Source of the DNA: a candidate division WOR-3 bacterium
GTDB taxonomy: Bacteria; Hydrothermota; UBA3072
Reading direction: 5' to 3'
NCBI GenBank assembly: GCA_023131835.1
Contig: JAGLZA010000025.1
Location: 5,923-69,922 of the forward strand
Length of the DNA stretch: 64,000 nucleotides
Part shown: positions 11,240 through 23,190 of the stretch, piece after piece
How the letters are laid out: each line of letters begins with the position of its first letter
Numbering within the stretch: the first letter of the stretch is position 1
The notes under the pieces: generated by a model
Database searches by the model: none
Seen by the model: the letters and a program-made list of their open reading frames with translations, nothing else
Told to the model about the DNA's origin: nothing
Program-made: the position numbers and the translations under genes

Positions 11240-11965
11240 TTTTATCTTCTCTAAATTATATGTGTTTTAACTTACCTGCATATTCTCCATGTCCTCACCG
11301 TATGCCAGAACTTAATCTTACAACGAGGACAATATAACCTCATAAAACAAAGGACTTGGTAGAACATCCCTGTATTTGGTATTAATCCACCGCATTTAGG
11401 ACACTTTATAAATTCTTCATTATTGTCTACTATCATTTTTCTATCTCCTTTAAATCATAAAATAATTTTGCTCCTTCATGCCATTCTTCATCTCTAAAAT
11501 CTGGAACTTCCTTATATTTAGCTATGTAACCTTTTCTTCGATATGCAGCTTTCTTTCCACCAACACTTCTTTTAAAATGCAATAACATTCTATTCCAAAA
11601 TTTCTCTGAAAGTTTATTACCCCAAGGTGTAATACCTATATTCAAATAATGCAATCCTCTTCCCTTGCATGTAGCAGCCGCAATACCAAAAACAACTGGT
11701 TGAGTTAGTTTAATAGTTACTCGTTCTGGAACACAAATATGTGAATCATCAAAATTAAGAGCAAGTTGGTCAACTACATAATAAACTTCTCTACTCCTTG
11801 AAGATTTTTTAGCTCTTTTTAATTCCTTAAAAGCAGCTTCAACATCACTTCTTTTGTAGAAAAGTGTTTTTCCTTTTTTTCTCATATCCTTATCTACTTT
11901 CAATAAATACTCAAGTAAATCACGTATTCCATACCACTCCAATCCTGTTAAAACAGTTGTTCCTG

Positions 11966-12847
11966 TCATTTTAATCCTCTCTCTTTCAAAATAATATCTC
12001 CTAAATAATCTCTAACATACTCTTTACTATCATTTGTTACTATCAAACTAAGCAATATTATAGCATCTATTACTCCATAACTCCTCTCTTTTTCACATAA
12101 TCTTGCAGACCATAAATTCATATCTAATGAAATATTATGAGGAAGAAGCTCTTTAGCAGCATAATTGAAAAACTTCTCTCTTATAACATTAGATTCAGAA
12201 CTATTTTCATCCTGATAAAAACTCTGTTTTATGTAACCTTTAACAATATCACTTGTAAACAAAATAGCTGATTCATAGAAAGCACCAAACCCTAAATCAT
12301 GAACATCTCCTGTTATAACTTGTCTTATACAAGGATGATCCTTTATTTTCTCCAATATAGAATTAATTAATAACATATTAAACCCATCATTACTTAGTTG
12401 TTTACACGAACCACTAACAATAGGAATTAAATTTTCAATCTCCTTACTCAAAATACTTAATTTGTTTTTAGTTTTTTCAATTTCATTTTCCAATCTTTCC
12501 TTTTCCTTATTCAAAGAAAATATTCTTAAATCAACCACCTGATTATGAAAAGGAATATGAACAACTTTTGCAATAGTATTAGTTAAGACAGTCATCTTCT
12601 CATAACTTACGCTGCCACATTCTATTGCGACCACAACCCTATCATTTTTTAAACCTACAACATCAATCCTATATTCTCTATCATGAAAAATAATTGTATA
12701 TTCTTTTTTTATCTCATCTTCTTTATATCCCTGCTCCTTCAAATATTGTTTCCCTATTTCTTTTAAATCATCATGTGTAAGAGGAATCTCATCCGTAGTT
12801 TTAACTCTACTATTATTCACATTCTGAACAACATCATTATCATCCAT
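11966..12847 (-). CDS. PD-(D/E)xK nuclease-like domain plus coiled coil
   Basis: EYTI...RIDVVGLKND...AIECG followed by a heptad-rich segment. Confidence 0.55.
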   Translation of the reverse strand: MDDNDVVQNVNNSRVKTTDEIPLTHDDLKEIGKQYLKEQGYKEDEIKKEYTIIFHDREYRIDVVGLKNDRVVVAIECGSVSYEKMTVLTNTIAKVVHIPFHNQVVDLRIFSLNKEKERLENEIEKTKNKLSILSKEIENLIPIVSGSCKQLSNDGFNMLLINSILEKIKDHPCIRQVITGDVHDLGFGAFYESAILFTSDIVKGYIKQSFYQDENSSESNVIREKFFNYAAKELLPHNISLDMNLWSARLCEKERSYGVIDAIILLSLIVTNDSKEYVRDYLGDIILKERGLK

Positions 12848-12850
12848 TAT

Positions 12851-13264
12851 TTACAACCACCCTCCTACTTTACTACTATGTCCAGGATTCTTCCATTTTC
12901 CATCCAAAAATAATACTATATGAACAAGGTTATGACATCTCAAACAAAGAGTAAATAGGTTCTCTTTATTTGCCTCACCATTAGGTATTCGATGGTGTAT
13001 AGTATAATGTTTAAACCTTTCACAAATATAACACCTTCCTCTATCTCGCTTATTAATCTCTTGTCTAATATCCTTTGGTATTCCCTCTTTTTTAATACTC
13101 CATTTTAACTCATTTGTAACATCTCTTGTCAGAAACAAAAATCTATCATAATTGAAAATCTCATTACCTCTTACTTCATGCTCTTTTGACAAATGATTTT
13201 TATAACCTTGCTCACTTCGTAATATTTCCTTACAAAATTGACACTCAAATCCTAAAGACCCCAT
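12851..13264 (-). CDS. C2H2 zinc finger plus HNH endonuclease
   Basis: CQFC...HLSKEH; RDRGRCYICE...IHHRIP...NLFTLCLRCHNLVH. Confidence 0.85.
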   Translation of the reverse strand: MGSLGFECQFCKEILRSEQGYKNHLSKEHEVRGNEIFNYDRFLFLTRDVTNELKWSIKKEGIPKDIRQEINKRDRGRCYICERFKHYTIHHRIPNGEANKENLFTLCLRCHNLVHIVLFLDGKWKNPGHSSKVGGWL

Positions 13265-13881
13265 GTCACTACTCTCCTCTTTATTTCATCCACATCATCC
13301 TGACTAAAACCAGAATTATAATAATGTTCTAAAGCTATTGCATTTGTATGTCCTTGAGACTTCATTATTTTTATTAAAGGTTTTTCTGCTGTTACAAGCC
13401 ATGACTCCCATGTCTTTCTCATGGTCTTTATCGCTAAATTGTAAGGCTCATCTATTCCTGCTTTTTCTGCCCAACGAGTTAAATTCCCATCCATAGCTGG
13501 ATAACTTGAAAAAGGAATAACCTTAAAATTATTTTCTCCTTTTCCATTTAAACCCTTTGCTATCTCAATCATCTTATTTAATTCCGCACTATATTCCCTC
13601 GTTAATAATACATTTCTATAATCTTTTGTTTTTGTAGCCTCTGATGGAAGTTTAATGAGGTTATGTTTTGGTTTGAACCATAAAGTTACTTTTTTAGGGT
13701 TTCTTAACCAGCTCTCAATATTCACTTTCAATCTTAACAACTCTGAATATCGCATCCCTGTATTAAGCATTGTATCTAACAAAAATTGATATTTGTATTT
13801 TCCTACTGCTTCCTTTAATATGTCATAATCAGATGGACTTAACAATCTGAATATGTCATCCATATGTCTTTCCTTTTTCAT
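13252..13881 (-). CDS. Compact tyrosine recombinase/integrase
   Basis: TGMRYSEL (R), TK (K), KTMRKT (K/HxxR), SQGH, HYY (Tyr nucleophile); has its own TATA at 13904-13916. Confidence 0.85.
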   Translation of the reverse strand: MKKERHMDDIFRLLSPSDYDILKEAVGKYKYQFLLDTMLNTGMRYSELLRLKVNIESWLRNPKKVTLWFKPKHNLIKLPSEATKTKDYRNVLLTREYSAELNKMIEIAKGLNGKGENNFKVIPFSSYPAMDGNLTRWAEKAGIDEPYNLAIKTMRKTWESWLVTAEKPLIKIMKSQGHTNAIALEHYYNSGFSQDDVDEIKRRVVTWGL

Positions 13882-15070
13882 ATTATATTAATAGAATTTT
13901 GACTATATAAAGGTTTATAACAAATATGACAAAATAGAAAGAATATAAGCTGGTTCTTAAGAATTGTCATCACATGAAAACTTAATAAAATCAACAGGTG
14001 GTATTAAGGTAAATTATTTACCTGCCAATACCATTCCTCAACTTATTCCTCAACCTACCCGACAACCCAACCCCATCAAACTCACCTTCCGCTTCCATCA
14101 CATCGTGCTCAATTTCAATTTGTGGATTATTCCATAGCAATTCTTCATACTCGCAGTTTTTCATAATTCTGTTCTTACACATAAATCTCTAATCCAAGCA
14201 TTGTTTTCTCATAACCAGTAACCTTCTTCCATTTTCCATCTATCTTAATTTTTTTAATTCTATCAAACGAAACACAATAATCTCTGTATCCACCATATCC
14301 ATATATTTTTTCAAAGTGTGTAAAATCATAACCAAAAACATAAGGTTGGATGGTAATTAATTTTCCATAAAAGTCAATTCGTAACGGTTCCTTTTTAAGA
14401 ACTATTTTTCTCATCTTATAACACTTATCTCCATTCGAATTGTTTTTTAAACTTTAGTTCCCATCTAACGGCACCAGCTCTCTTAATTTGCTTCTCTTCC
14501 TTAGCCATAGGTAATGTATAACTAATCCACACAAACTTTAATCCTCCTCTTATACCTATCCCGATCCTCCACTCTATACCCCTTGCAAAGATCGCTTCCT
14601 GTACAGGAATAAACTCAGATGAATTGGTATTAAAATTAATTTGAGATTCTTTCTTACCGTAAATATAGTGCACATTAGTTATTTTGTATTCTTTGTCTCT
14701 ACTAACTATCCTAAATATGTCCTTTAATGTTTGCTTTTGCTGTTGTGTTAATTTTTTCATCTCTCTTCACCAATAAGTTCTCACAGGTAATCCTTTACCC
14801 ACTTTATATGCCTTTAACTTTTTGATACATTCATCAGTACTAAAATAATAGAAAGAATCAATATACTTCCCATTCTTATAGATTCTTAAAATACTTTTTC
14901 CATGTAGTCCATCTACAATTTCGGTATAAACTCTTATACTCTTATTTATATCAACTGAATTATCATTACTAAAAGGAGATAAGAAAATCTCAGTTTCTAT
15001 TTTTTCAGCTACCTCTTTTGTTATTCTCATTTTTTCACAAAACTCAATATCAATAATATATCACTCTTTT

Positions 15071-15436
15071 TTATTTGCACAAAATCTTCCCTAAGTTGAC
15101 TCTTTCTGTTATCATTTTAATATTATCTGAAAAACCAGCCTTTCTTATACCTATTAAACCCTTTCTAAGCTTCCACAACCCTTTTATATCAATCCAATCT
15201 TCTACTCCTTCTGGAGTTTGTGCATCATAGTATTTGTTATCCTTCTTAATAAAAACATGATGATGTGCTACGTGAACGTATATTCGTCCTCCAAATAATT
15301 TATGAAATACAAGTGCCCAATGTCCACAGTAACCGTTATTAATATTAGGTATGGTTTTATAATACCTATTGTTTAGCTGTTTAAAATACTTTATGATTGC
15401 TTTGTTTACTGTGTTGACTTCTGTTTTTGTTGTCAT
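15071..15436 (-). CDS. Putative papain/transglutaminase-fold Cys-His-Asp protein
   Basis: NNGYCGHWA...HHVFIK...YYDA spacing. Confidence 0.45.
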   Translation of the reverse strand: MTTKTEVNTVNKAIIKYFKQLNNRYYKTIPNINNGYCGHWALVFHKLFGGRIYVHVAHHHVFIKKDNKYYDAQTPEGVEDWIDIKGLWKLRKGLIGIRKAGFSDNIKMITERVNLGKILCK

Positions 15437-15757
15437 TTTACTTCTTCATCAATAATCATCCTTATATTTCTTACTTGAACAATTGCTACTGTTTTACCAT
15501 CATCACCCAAAAGCTTTATTTTTCTTTTAGGTTGATTTTTTGATAGTTTTAATAATCTTATAGGTGTCATCATATTTAATAAAGGAGAAGAACCATGACT
15601 ATATATTGAAGGGTCATATAAACCGCAGCCTCTTCCTTTTCTTCTGACTGTAGTATAACATACCTCATAATATTTATTTTTATTTTTACTGTACTCTTCC
15701 AATGTTACTATTTTTTCTTTGAGTTTCATTTTCCTAAATCCTTATCTTGTTCATACC

Positions 15758-16039
15758 CTATAAAAATATTTCCTCTCTCTTTTGTATATACCCTATGTAT
15801 GTCTCTGGGTTTTTACCCTTGCCATCCAATTCCCGAAGAAGGCTATTAAAGTCTGGATCGGCTCCTATAACCTTATGCCCCCACACAGCTATGAACTTGC
15901 CCCTATACTGTTCCCTGTTGCTATCTGCTACCTTTACATTCTCTTCAAACGCTATTAAAGTTCTCTTTATCTCTTTATCAGAAGCGTTCATATCCTTGTC
16001 AGAGATCTCTCTCCCAATGGTAGTACTATTTTCGTTCAT
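15758..16039 (-). CDS. DUF5678-like small protein
   Basis: YRGKFIAVWGHKVIGADPDFNSLLREL. Confidence 0.55.
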   Translation of the reverse strand: MNENSTTIGREISDKDMNASDKEIKRTLIAFEENVKVADSNREQYRGKFIAVWGHKVIGADPDFNSLLRELDGKGKNPETYIGYIQKREEIFL

Positions 16040-19000
16040 TTTTTTAACCTCCTACTTTCCTAACCCCTTATCTATCTCCTCTTTACTCATTCCATCTACC
16101 AACATAACAGCTGTATAAACAAATTCATCATCGCTCATTCGTTCTATTTCATCTTTGGTATATCCGTGCTCTAAAAATTCATTTATGTCTTGGTTAGTTT
16201 TCATTTTAAATTACCCTATAATATGAAACAGCGTTTTTGAATAAACATATTCTGACCATGAAATTTTCTCCAACTGTTGATTACGAACAGTATCAGGAAC
16301 ACCATGTAATATTGCATAAGGTTTCCCTTCAAATATCATAGTTTCCATTTTAATCTCTTATTCCTAAATCTAACATTCCAGTTCTCTGTAATAAATCATG
16401 CAATTTTCTTGTCTTTTCTTTTTTATGAATCTTATAGTATTACCATCTACTTTTATATCGTGTATTTCATGCTTAGTTTCGTTCATTTCGTTTTACCTAA
16501 TAAAACCTTTTGATGCAGTTCAATCTCCTTAATTGCTATTTCAGTATAACCATGCTTTCTTAGCCATTTTCTTTGATATTCGTTCATCATTTTCCCTCCT
16601 CATCTATAACAAAACTTCTATCCTATATAAATCTTTAAATCATTCTACAATCTCAAACTTCTTAACCTCATCTAAAGGAAAATACATCAAAAACCTAAAA
16701 TCCTCGTAATCCGAGATATCTATTGCGTCTGGCTTTACTTTGATGTAGATGTTTTCAAAAGTTAGCATCTTTTCCTTTTTTCTGGTTATCACTATCTTCT
16801 TGATTTTCCTAATACCGTTATTGTTATCCATTTTATTTTCCTCAATATATTCATTGGTAATTTCAACTTAGGATTCACTTTCTTTACGCCTTCTGAAAAC
16901 ACTTTTCTTGGTTTTCTGATTACTAACTCCGCACCATCAAGTTCATCTAATTTCCAAATAATTCTGTCTATATAACCTGAGTCACTAATAAAATACACAC
17001 CCGCTTCTGCCAACTCGTTTTCTGCGTTCATAATGTGTTCCCTTGTTTTTACTTTTTGTGAATCAAAAACTAACTCTGGTCTTATGATTACTTTTGCATT
17101 TTTTAGTGACCAATCCAATTCCCACTCAATTATGTCTTCTTCCAGGTCGTAACCCGAATCGAAGGTCACTCCTGCTTTAGTTAGTTCGCTTCGTGCTTTT
17201 TTCAGGTGTTTTAGTCGTGTTTCGGTTAATACAGGTATTTTTAGAGTTGCATCCATTTAGTCATACCTCCATATGTAACAGTCACTAAAATCATCATAGT
17301 AGGTATAATTCTGTTTAATAAACTCGCTAATTTGTTCCTGTGTGCAATTTTCAGAATAACAAATCCATAACACTGATATATCATATGAACAAGATTCTTC
17401 ATTATTTCCTTTAGACCAGTTATAGCTCCACCAACCGTTGTCATAACCTTTTTCTAACAATTTGAGTTTGTAATTAACCTCTTCTTTTTTGAGTTGTTCA
17501 GTACATTCTTCTAGAAGTTCAGCACATCTTCCGTAACCATCGTTACATTCCTTAAGAACATTAATACATCTTTGCCAACCATCACCATAAAGATTTCCTG
17601 CTTTATGGTAACCTACAGAATATCCTATGGCATACCCTGTAAATAAAGTAGTAAGGAATACACTCAAGAGTAAAACACCATGTAGCTTAGTTTTTTCTAC
17701 CATTTCTATACTTCTTTTCCACCTCTTCCTCTATCCTTAATCTTGCATCCCGATACACTTCAACATACTTTCCTAAGTTTTTTGTATCCCCTTCTATAAT
17801 CTTATCTATGATAAATTTAATGTCCTCAATATTCTTACCGAGATTGTTTAATGCTATACTTTCTTCTATGTCTAAGTTTCTACCGTTTGGAAACATTCTT
17901 AGTTCTATAGCTCTCCAAAGTGATAGACTAATAATTCGTAGGTCTTTTTTATTTTTTCCTTCCATTTTTATTTACTCCTTCATTCAAATAATAAAACTCT
18001 CGCTATTGGTCTTCCCTTACTATCTATATATAACGCACCCAATCCTGAAATTAATTCTATTTTTCCTCTTGCCTCTAAAGAAGACAGTATAGGTGGTAAT
18101 TCCTCTGTTATTTCACCTCTAACTTCTTCATTGAATTGTCCAATAAAAACCGCTAAAAAAAATGTTTTTTCTTTGGACAGAACCAATAGTAGATATCTTT
18201 CCAAAGCTCCAAACCTTTTTCTGTCTTTCTTTCTAAAAAGATTCTCTACATCCTTAATATTTTCTATCATCTTATCCAGTCCATAAACCTAATACGCCTT
18301 TATCTTTGATTTCTTTTGCTTCCTCATCCGTCAAGGAAATACACAACCCAAAACCACCATTGGAGATGCTAATAAAATTATCAGCATCTCCAATATTATA
18401 TGGTAAACAATTACATCCACCAAAACCACAACCTTTTCCGTTTAGCTCAACTATTGCAAATGGCTCTTTCCTCTCTATTTCGAACTTTTCTATTTTCATA
18501 TTTAGATACTCTCCTTTTTACTCTTCTCAAACTCCTCTCTCTTTAAATCCAACCACGGACTGATTCTCCAAAAATCATCATACTCACTAATTATACATAC
18601 TAGTTGTCTTTCCCAAACATCTATTATAGCATTCCATATTAACTCACGATCATCCCAGTCCCTATCTGATACATTCTCAGGTTTGTCTGTGTTATTATAG
18701 TATCCAAATTCCTCTAATTGTGGATTATTATCAAGGAAGTCCCATCTATCATATTCAATAACACCATACGGTATCAGGTAGTAATAATCTTCGTATTCAT
18801 GAATGCTAACACACATATCAAAGTTAAATGGATTCTTCTCTGTTGAAACAACAGCATCTTTATAGAGTTTAATGATTATATCATGTGTTTCATCAACTGT
18901 TTTTCCTTGCTCTATTATTACGTTATAATAATGTCGCATTTGTTGTTTGACAACTTTTAGTCCGTCTTCTTTGATTTTACTCATTACGTCAAATAGTCCC

Positions 19001-19040
19001 AAGCTTTTTGGGAATCTATACGCAGTATAGATTTTTGTGC

Positions 19041-19391
19041 TCATTTTATATCATACCCCACATCGTTAATATTAGTATATATCTTCAAACCTAACTTCTT
19101 AGCAACTTCCAACTCTCCATCAGCTCCATTTGAATGAGACATAAAGAACATCGCATCACTAACTTTTAACCACTCCAAATCATTTTTCAGATACTCTTTA
19201 TACTCAAATGAACAATTCGGTCTTAAGTGCATATAGTGCGGAAAGTGCGGAATATATACTGAATGACCTCTCTTCATTAGTTCTATACCTATGTCTATTG
19301 CTCTATTGACATTTTTAAGTACGTCTCTTGGATGGTTATCTGAGTATTTACCGCTGATAAAAAATCTCATACTATTTTCTTCTCCTTCCAA
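19041..19391 (-). CDS. Nucleoside 2-deoxyribosyltransferase-fold protein (DUF4406/DUF1937-like)
   Basis: FFISGKYS...GHSVYIPH...DLEWLKVSDAMFF...SNGADGELEVAKKLGLKIY. Confidence 0.75.
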   Translation of the reverse strand: MEGEENSMRFFISGKYSDNHPRDVLKNVNRAIDIGIELMKRGHSVYIPHFPHYMHLRPNCSFEYKEYLKNDLEWLKVSDAMFFMSHSNGADGELEVAKKLGLKIYTNINDVGYDIK

Positions 19392-19565
19392 TTATCTTAA
19401 ATATATCTTTTTTCACACCTTTATATAGAAATTCATCAATAATTACAACATCAATGATTGGTCTTAACCACACCGTCTCCTTGAAAACTTTAATGACTAC
19501 CCATCTACGATCATCACTTTCATCTCTTTCTTTTTTTACGACAATATCATCTTTAGAAAAATCCA

Positions 19566-20474
19566 TCATGTTATCCCCCAATTTTCTATCTTGCTGTTAT
19601 CCTTATGTGAAGTAAACCTTTTCTTATCTGGTTCATAGTTTATCCAGATACTCTCAACCCTTCGCTGATCTTCCCTAATGGTAGCACCCTCACCTAATAA
19701 ACCGCTTAGTCTCGTCCTACCAACCGCATCACATCCAACTTCAAAATCTATCCGTCGCCAACCCACATCCTCAAGTAGCTTGTACGTTCTGCATTGGTAG
19801 CCGCTTAGCATTATCTTTCCGTGCCATCGCTTTGATAGTAGGTAGTTTACTAATTCTATGTGCTCCGTACCCGAAAAATCACACGGATACTTAGTGTTGC
19901 TTCTGGTTACTGGATGATAAGGTGGATCTAAGTATGCAAAACCATCTGTTTTCCAGTTGTACCGTTCTAAGCATTTCTTCCAATCTATGCTATCTATCTG
20001 TACACTCATTATTCGTGTATGAACCTCTGGTAATAAATCTATTGTATCTAACCATGCACTTACGTGTTTAGGTTTATCCTTAGCATAAGACTCAAAGTTA
20101 TAACCCCAACCTGCACCTAAAATACCTGAGAAACTTGTTCGTATGGCTACATAGAAATAGTACGCTTTTTTAATTTCATCTTTCTCTCTTCTCCATGCTT
20201 TGTTACAAAACCTATGCTCTTCCTTTGCATACGGTGTTAAACTAACCAACCTATGAAACTCCTTAAACTTTTTAGGATCTCTGATTACTCTGAACAGATT
20301 AACTAAACCGTTATCTACATCGTTGTAAACTTCGAACTTTGCGGGTTGCTTAGCAAACAGCAAACTGGCTCCACCACCAAACACCTCTACATAGTACGTG
20401 TGGTATGGTACGTATTTTAGGAGTTTGGGTGATAGGTTTCCTTTGCCACCGAACCAAATGATTGGGCTTCTCAT
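19566..20474 (-). CDS. D12-class (Dam-like) N6-adenine DNA methyltransferase
   Basis: N-terminal WFGGK, motif I YVEVFGGGAS, EVYND, motif IV YLDPPY, MLSGY. Confidence 0.92.
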   Translation of the reverse strand: MRSPIIWFGGKGNLSPKLLKYVPYHTYYVEVFGGGASLLFAKQPAKFEVYNDVDNGLVNLFRVIRDPKKFKEFHRLVSLTPYAKEEHRFCNKAWRREKDEIKKAYYFYVAIRTSFSGILGAGWGYNFESYAKDKPKHVSAWLDTIDLLPEVHTRIMSVQIDSIDWKKCLERYNWKTDGFAYLDPPYHPVTRSNTKYPCDFSGTEHIELVNYLLSKRWHGKIMLSGYQCRTYKLLEDVGWRRIDFEVGCDAVGRTRLSGLLGEGATIREDQRRVESIWINYEPDKKRFTSHKDNSKIENWGIT

Positions 20475-20609
20475 GTTAGTATACCTCCACGTCTCTACTT
20501 CTACAACGTAGACAAATCACACGCTTCTTTTTGTATCTGTTATTTCTGTTAGCGGGTGGATCGTCATCTTCTTCAAAAATTTTCCCACATGCATTACAAA
20601 TATACTTAC

Positions 20610-20864
20610 TCATTTCTTCTTTTTACCTAAATAGATTAGAAAGTAGCGACCGTTTTTGGTATTATTTTTAGGTATTCTATATACCGCTTTTTGTGTTTCT
20701 AATCTGCGTATACGTCTTAATACGGACTTTTGGGTTATCTTTAGTTTCTTTGATAGTTTTGCTGTTGTTGTAGGTGAACCAAGTGTTTTTATAGCGGTTA
20801 GAGTTTCGTTGTCGGTTTTTTGACGTCTAAATTTACCAACTATTTTATAAATGTTTCTTCTCAT
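20610..20864 (-). CDS. Winged-helix transcription regulator
   Basis: TTAKLSKKLKITQKSVLRRIRRLETQKAVYR. Confidence 0.65.
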   Translation of the reverse strand: MRRNIYKIVGKFRRQKTDNETLTAIKTLGSPTTTAKLSKKLKITQKSVLRRIRRLETQKAVYRIPKNNTKNGRYFLIYLGKKKK

Positions 20865-20886
20865 CTTATTTTTATGAATATAAAGA

Positions 20887-20904
20887 GAAGCCCAGTTGGG
20901 CTTC
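20887..20904. other. Perfect 8-bp hairpin closing the pentamer array
   Basis: GAAGCCCA-GT-TGGGCTTC. Confidence 0.6.
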
Positions 20905-20910
20905 CCCTTT

Positions 20911-21038
20911 TCCTTACCATATCCTACCGTACCTGACCTTATCGGACCGCACAGTACCCTACCTTACAGTACCTTATCTTACCATACCTTACCGAACCAG
21001 ACCCATCTATGAAATAGATGAGAATAAACTACTTAACT
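20911..21038. repeat. Degenerate pentamer array 1 (19 ACCNN-like units) plus 25-nt motif
   Basis: TCCTT ACCAT ATCCT ACCGT ACCTG ACCTT ... ACCGA ACCAG ACCCA in phase 20911-21005; ATAGATGAGAATAAACTACTTAACT at 21014-21038. Confidence 0.9.
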
Positions 21039-21702
21039 TTTTTTAATTCATCTGACATTCTTATCATATTCCCAAACTCAAAAAGCATAAAAACAAAAAT
21101 GACAGAAGCAAAACTAACCAATATTAGCCCTATTATCCCGACACTCTGGTAAAACAACTCCGGGTTGAACACTACCCTACCAAACAAACACATGTATCCG
21201 AGAAACAAAAAGATCGAAATTGATAGTGTGTATCCGAGTATGTGGAACATGTATGGTGTCTCTAAATCGGAAATTGAAAAAAGCAAAGCTATTGTTCCTA
21301 TTATTAATAAAAATAAAAAATACGTTAAAAACATTCTTTTTCACCTCCTAATCTTTTTGATACTCCTCACCAAAGGACATCTTTCTATGCATTATCTCCT
21401 CAAAATTCTTTGCAAACTCTCCTTCAACAATTGACTTCTCGGTAAGATGGTTACTTATGTCTATAAGTGATACTCCTTCGTCTCTAAGTGATTTCCCATT
21501 GTTTTTTATCCACCAATCTATAATTAACTCATCTAAAAAATAGAACATGTTCATTTTTCACCCTCCTGTTTTAACCTTTCAACTTTCAAAACTAATTTAT
21601 GACCACACTCGAGGTTCATCTCCATAAAACCTATTGTATTTATGTAGATATCCTTTACTCCTGTTAATCTCTTACAAATGTTACATCCTACTTCTATCTT
21701 TG

Positions 21703-21945
21703 TCATTTTTGATTCCTCCAACTATAAAACCATAGCAAACCCCAAATTACGGTACAAATAGGTATTGCAGCTAACCACAATTTGAGCGTCACCATTGTTA
21801 CGTTTACTATACACAAACCAAAAAATGTAAATCCACAAGTATGTAAGTTTAAGGACTGTTTATTTGTTATTACATCTTTTAATTGTGGTATTAGTAAAAA
21901 CCCAAATATTAGGTTTGCACCCGTTAATATGAAATCTTGCCACAC
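21703..21945 (-). CDS. PQ-loop/SemiSWEET-like three-helix membrane protein
   Basis: FGFLLIPQLKDVITNKQS followed by two hydrophobic helices. Confidence 0.5.
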   Translation of the reverse strand: MWQDFILTGANLIFGFLLIPQLKDVITNKQSLNLHTCGFTFFGLCIVNVTMVTLKLWLAAIPICTVIWGLLWFYSWRNQK

Positions 21946-22560
21946 TTTTCTTTCTCCTTCTTATATATTAATTCTTAATCTCAATTTCATCTTGATGGAT
22001 TAAGAGGTTTTCAACTCTTTTTATACAATTTATGATATCTTTAAGTTTTTCAGTGTCCTTTGTTTCCTCATATAATTGTTTAGCATTTGCGTAACTTACC
22101 ATCGCAAAAGCATACGAACCATTGCTCTCACGGTATCTGCCTCGCTCTTCCGCTTCCTCTGCTCTTCTTTTTGTTATGTTCATCTTTGTTCTCCATTCCA
22201 TTCATAATAAATACACTCCTCAATCCATTCTTCTTCTTGTTCTTCATCTCCACAATCTAACATTACTGTTTCCTCTATCTCAAATAAATCGCGTTCGCAA
22301 TAATCTGTTGGTTCAACATAGTTTTTACAATCTCTACATAATTGTCTAGACATTTTCCCTACCTCAAATCAAAAATACCCTTCTCATTTGTTTTATAGAT
22401 AAAACATAAAATAATACTTAAAAAACATTCCACCAATCACGTTCTTTCATCTTTACGTTATAATATCCATGATCGGGCTTATAGAAAATACTTTCTCCTC
22501 TTTGTCTCTTGTCTTCTGCTCCTCTACGTGTTTGATAAAAAATTCGTATCATTTCTTTTT

Positions 22561-22752
22561 TCATGTCTTTTTGTATCCTGGTCTTTTATAAAAGTAGACA
22601 CAATAATATCCTTTTCCACCTCTCTCAACAACACGTGCAAGATGTCCATCCTTACGCCATTTTTCTGCCTCATGTTTTGGTAAGAACTCACTAGTTGCAT
22701 CTAAATAATATACCCTTTCACCAAATACTCTCTTTTCCTGAAAAAAATTCAT
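22561..22752 (-). CDS. Small basic protein, FDGKxY paralog family
   Basis: KRVFGERVYYL...KHEAEKWRKDGHLARVVERGGKGYYCVY. Confidence 0.65.
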   Translation of the reverse strand: MNFFQEKRVFGERVYYLDATSEFLPKHEAEKWRKDGHLARVVERGGKGYYCVYFYKRPGYKKT

Positions 22753-23190
22753 TTTATATTACCTCTTTTTTATAACACTATATATTATTAAATATCAAAT
22801 TCACTAATGACCCATCCTTCATCAATATGTATGAGTACAGCAGCTATACAATCTTCATGCATATTCCATATTTTTTCTATATCTGAAGGTATTTCTATTT
22901 CCTCTTTACAGTCTTTACATATCATTCTTATAGATTCACTCTCCCTACTAACGTTGTTTTTATTACTTCAACTTTTGCTCCTTTATCATTTTGCTTTATA
23001 GTTTTAGCAAAGCTTTTTGCTTCTTTCAAAGGAATATGATCAAAAACTTCCTTTCCGTTTTTCCTTACTTGGTACCACGAACTTTCCCCTTTTAATACCT
23101 TATATTCTACCATTTTTTGTCACCTCCTTTTTAACTCCTATATATTACTTAGATTTTGAAGTATATAAAGGTTTGAATTAATTATACTTC

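Noticed and set aside
20911-21005. CRISPR array or repeat-protein ORF
   Set aside because: There is no 24-47-nt repeat with unique spacers, and no start-to-stop ORF spans the array; no CRISPR array was seen anywhere in the window
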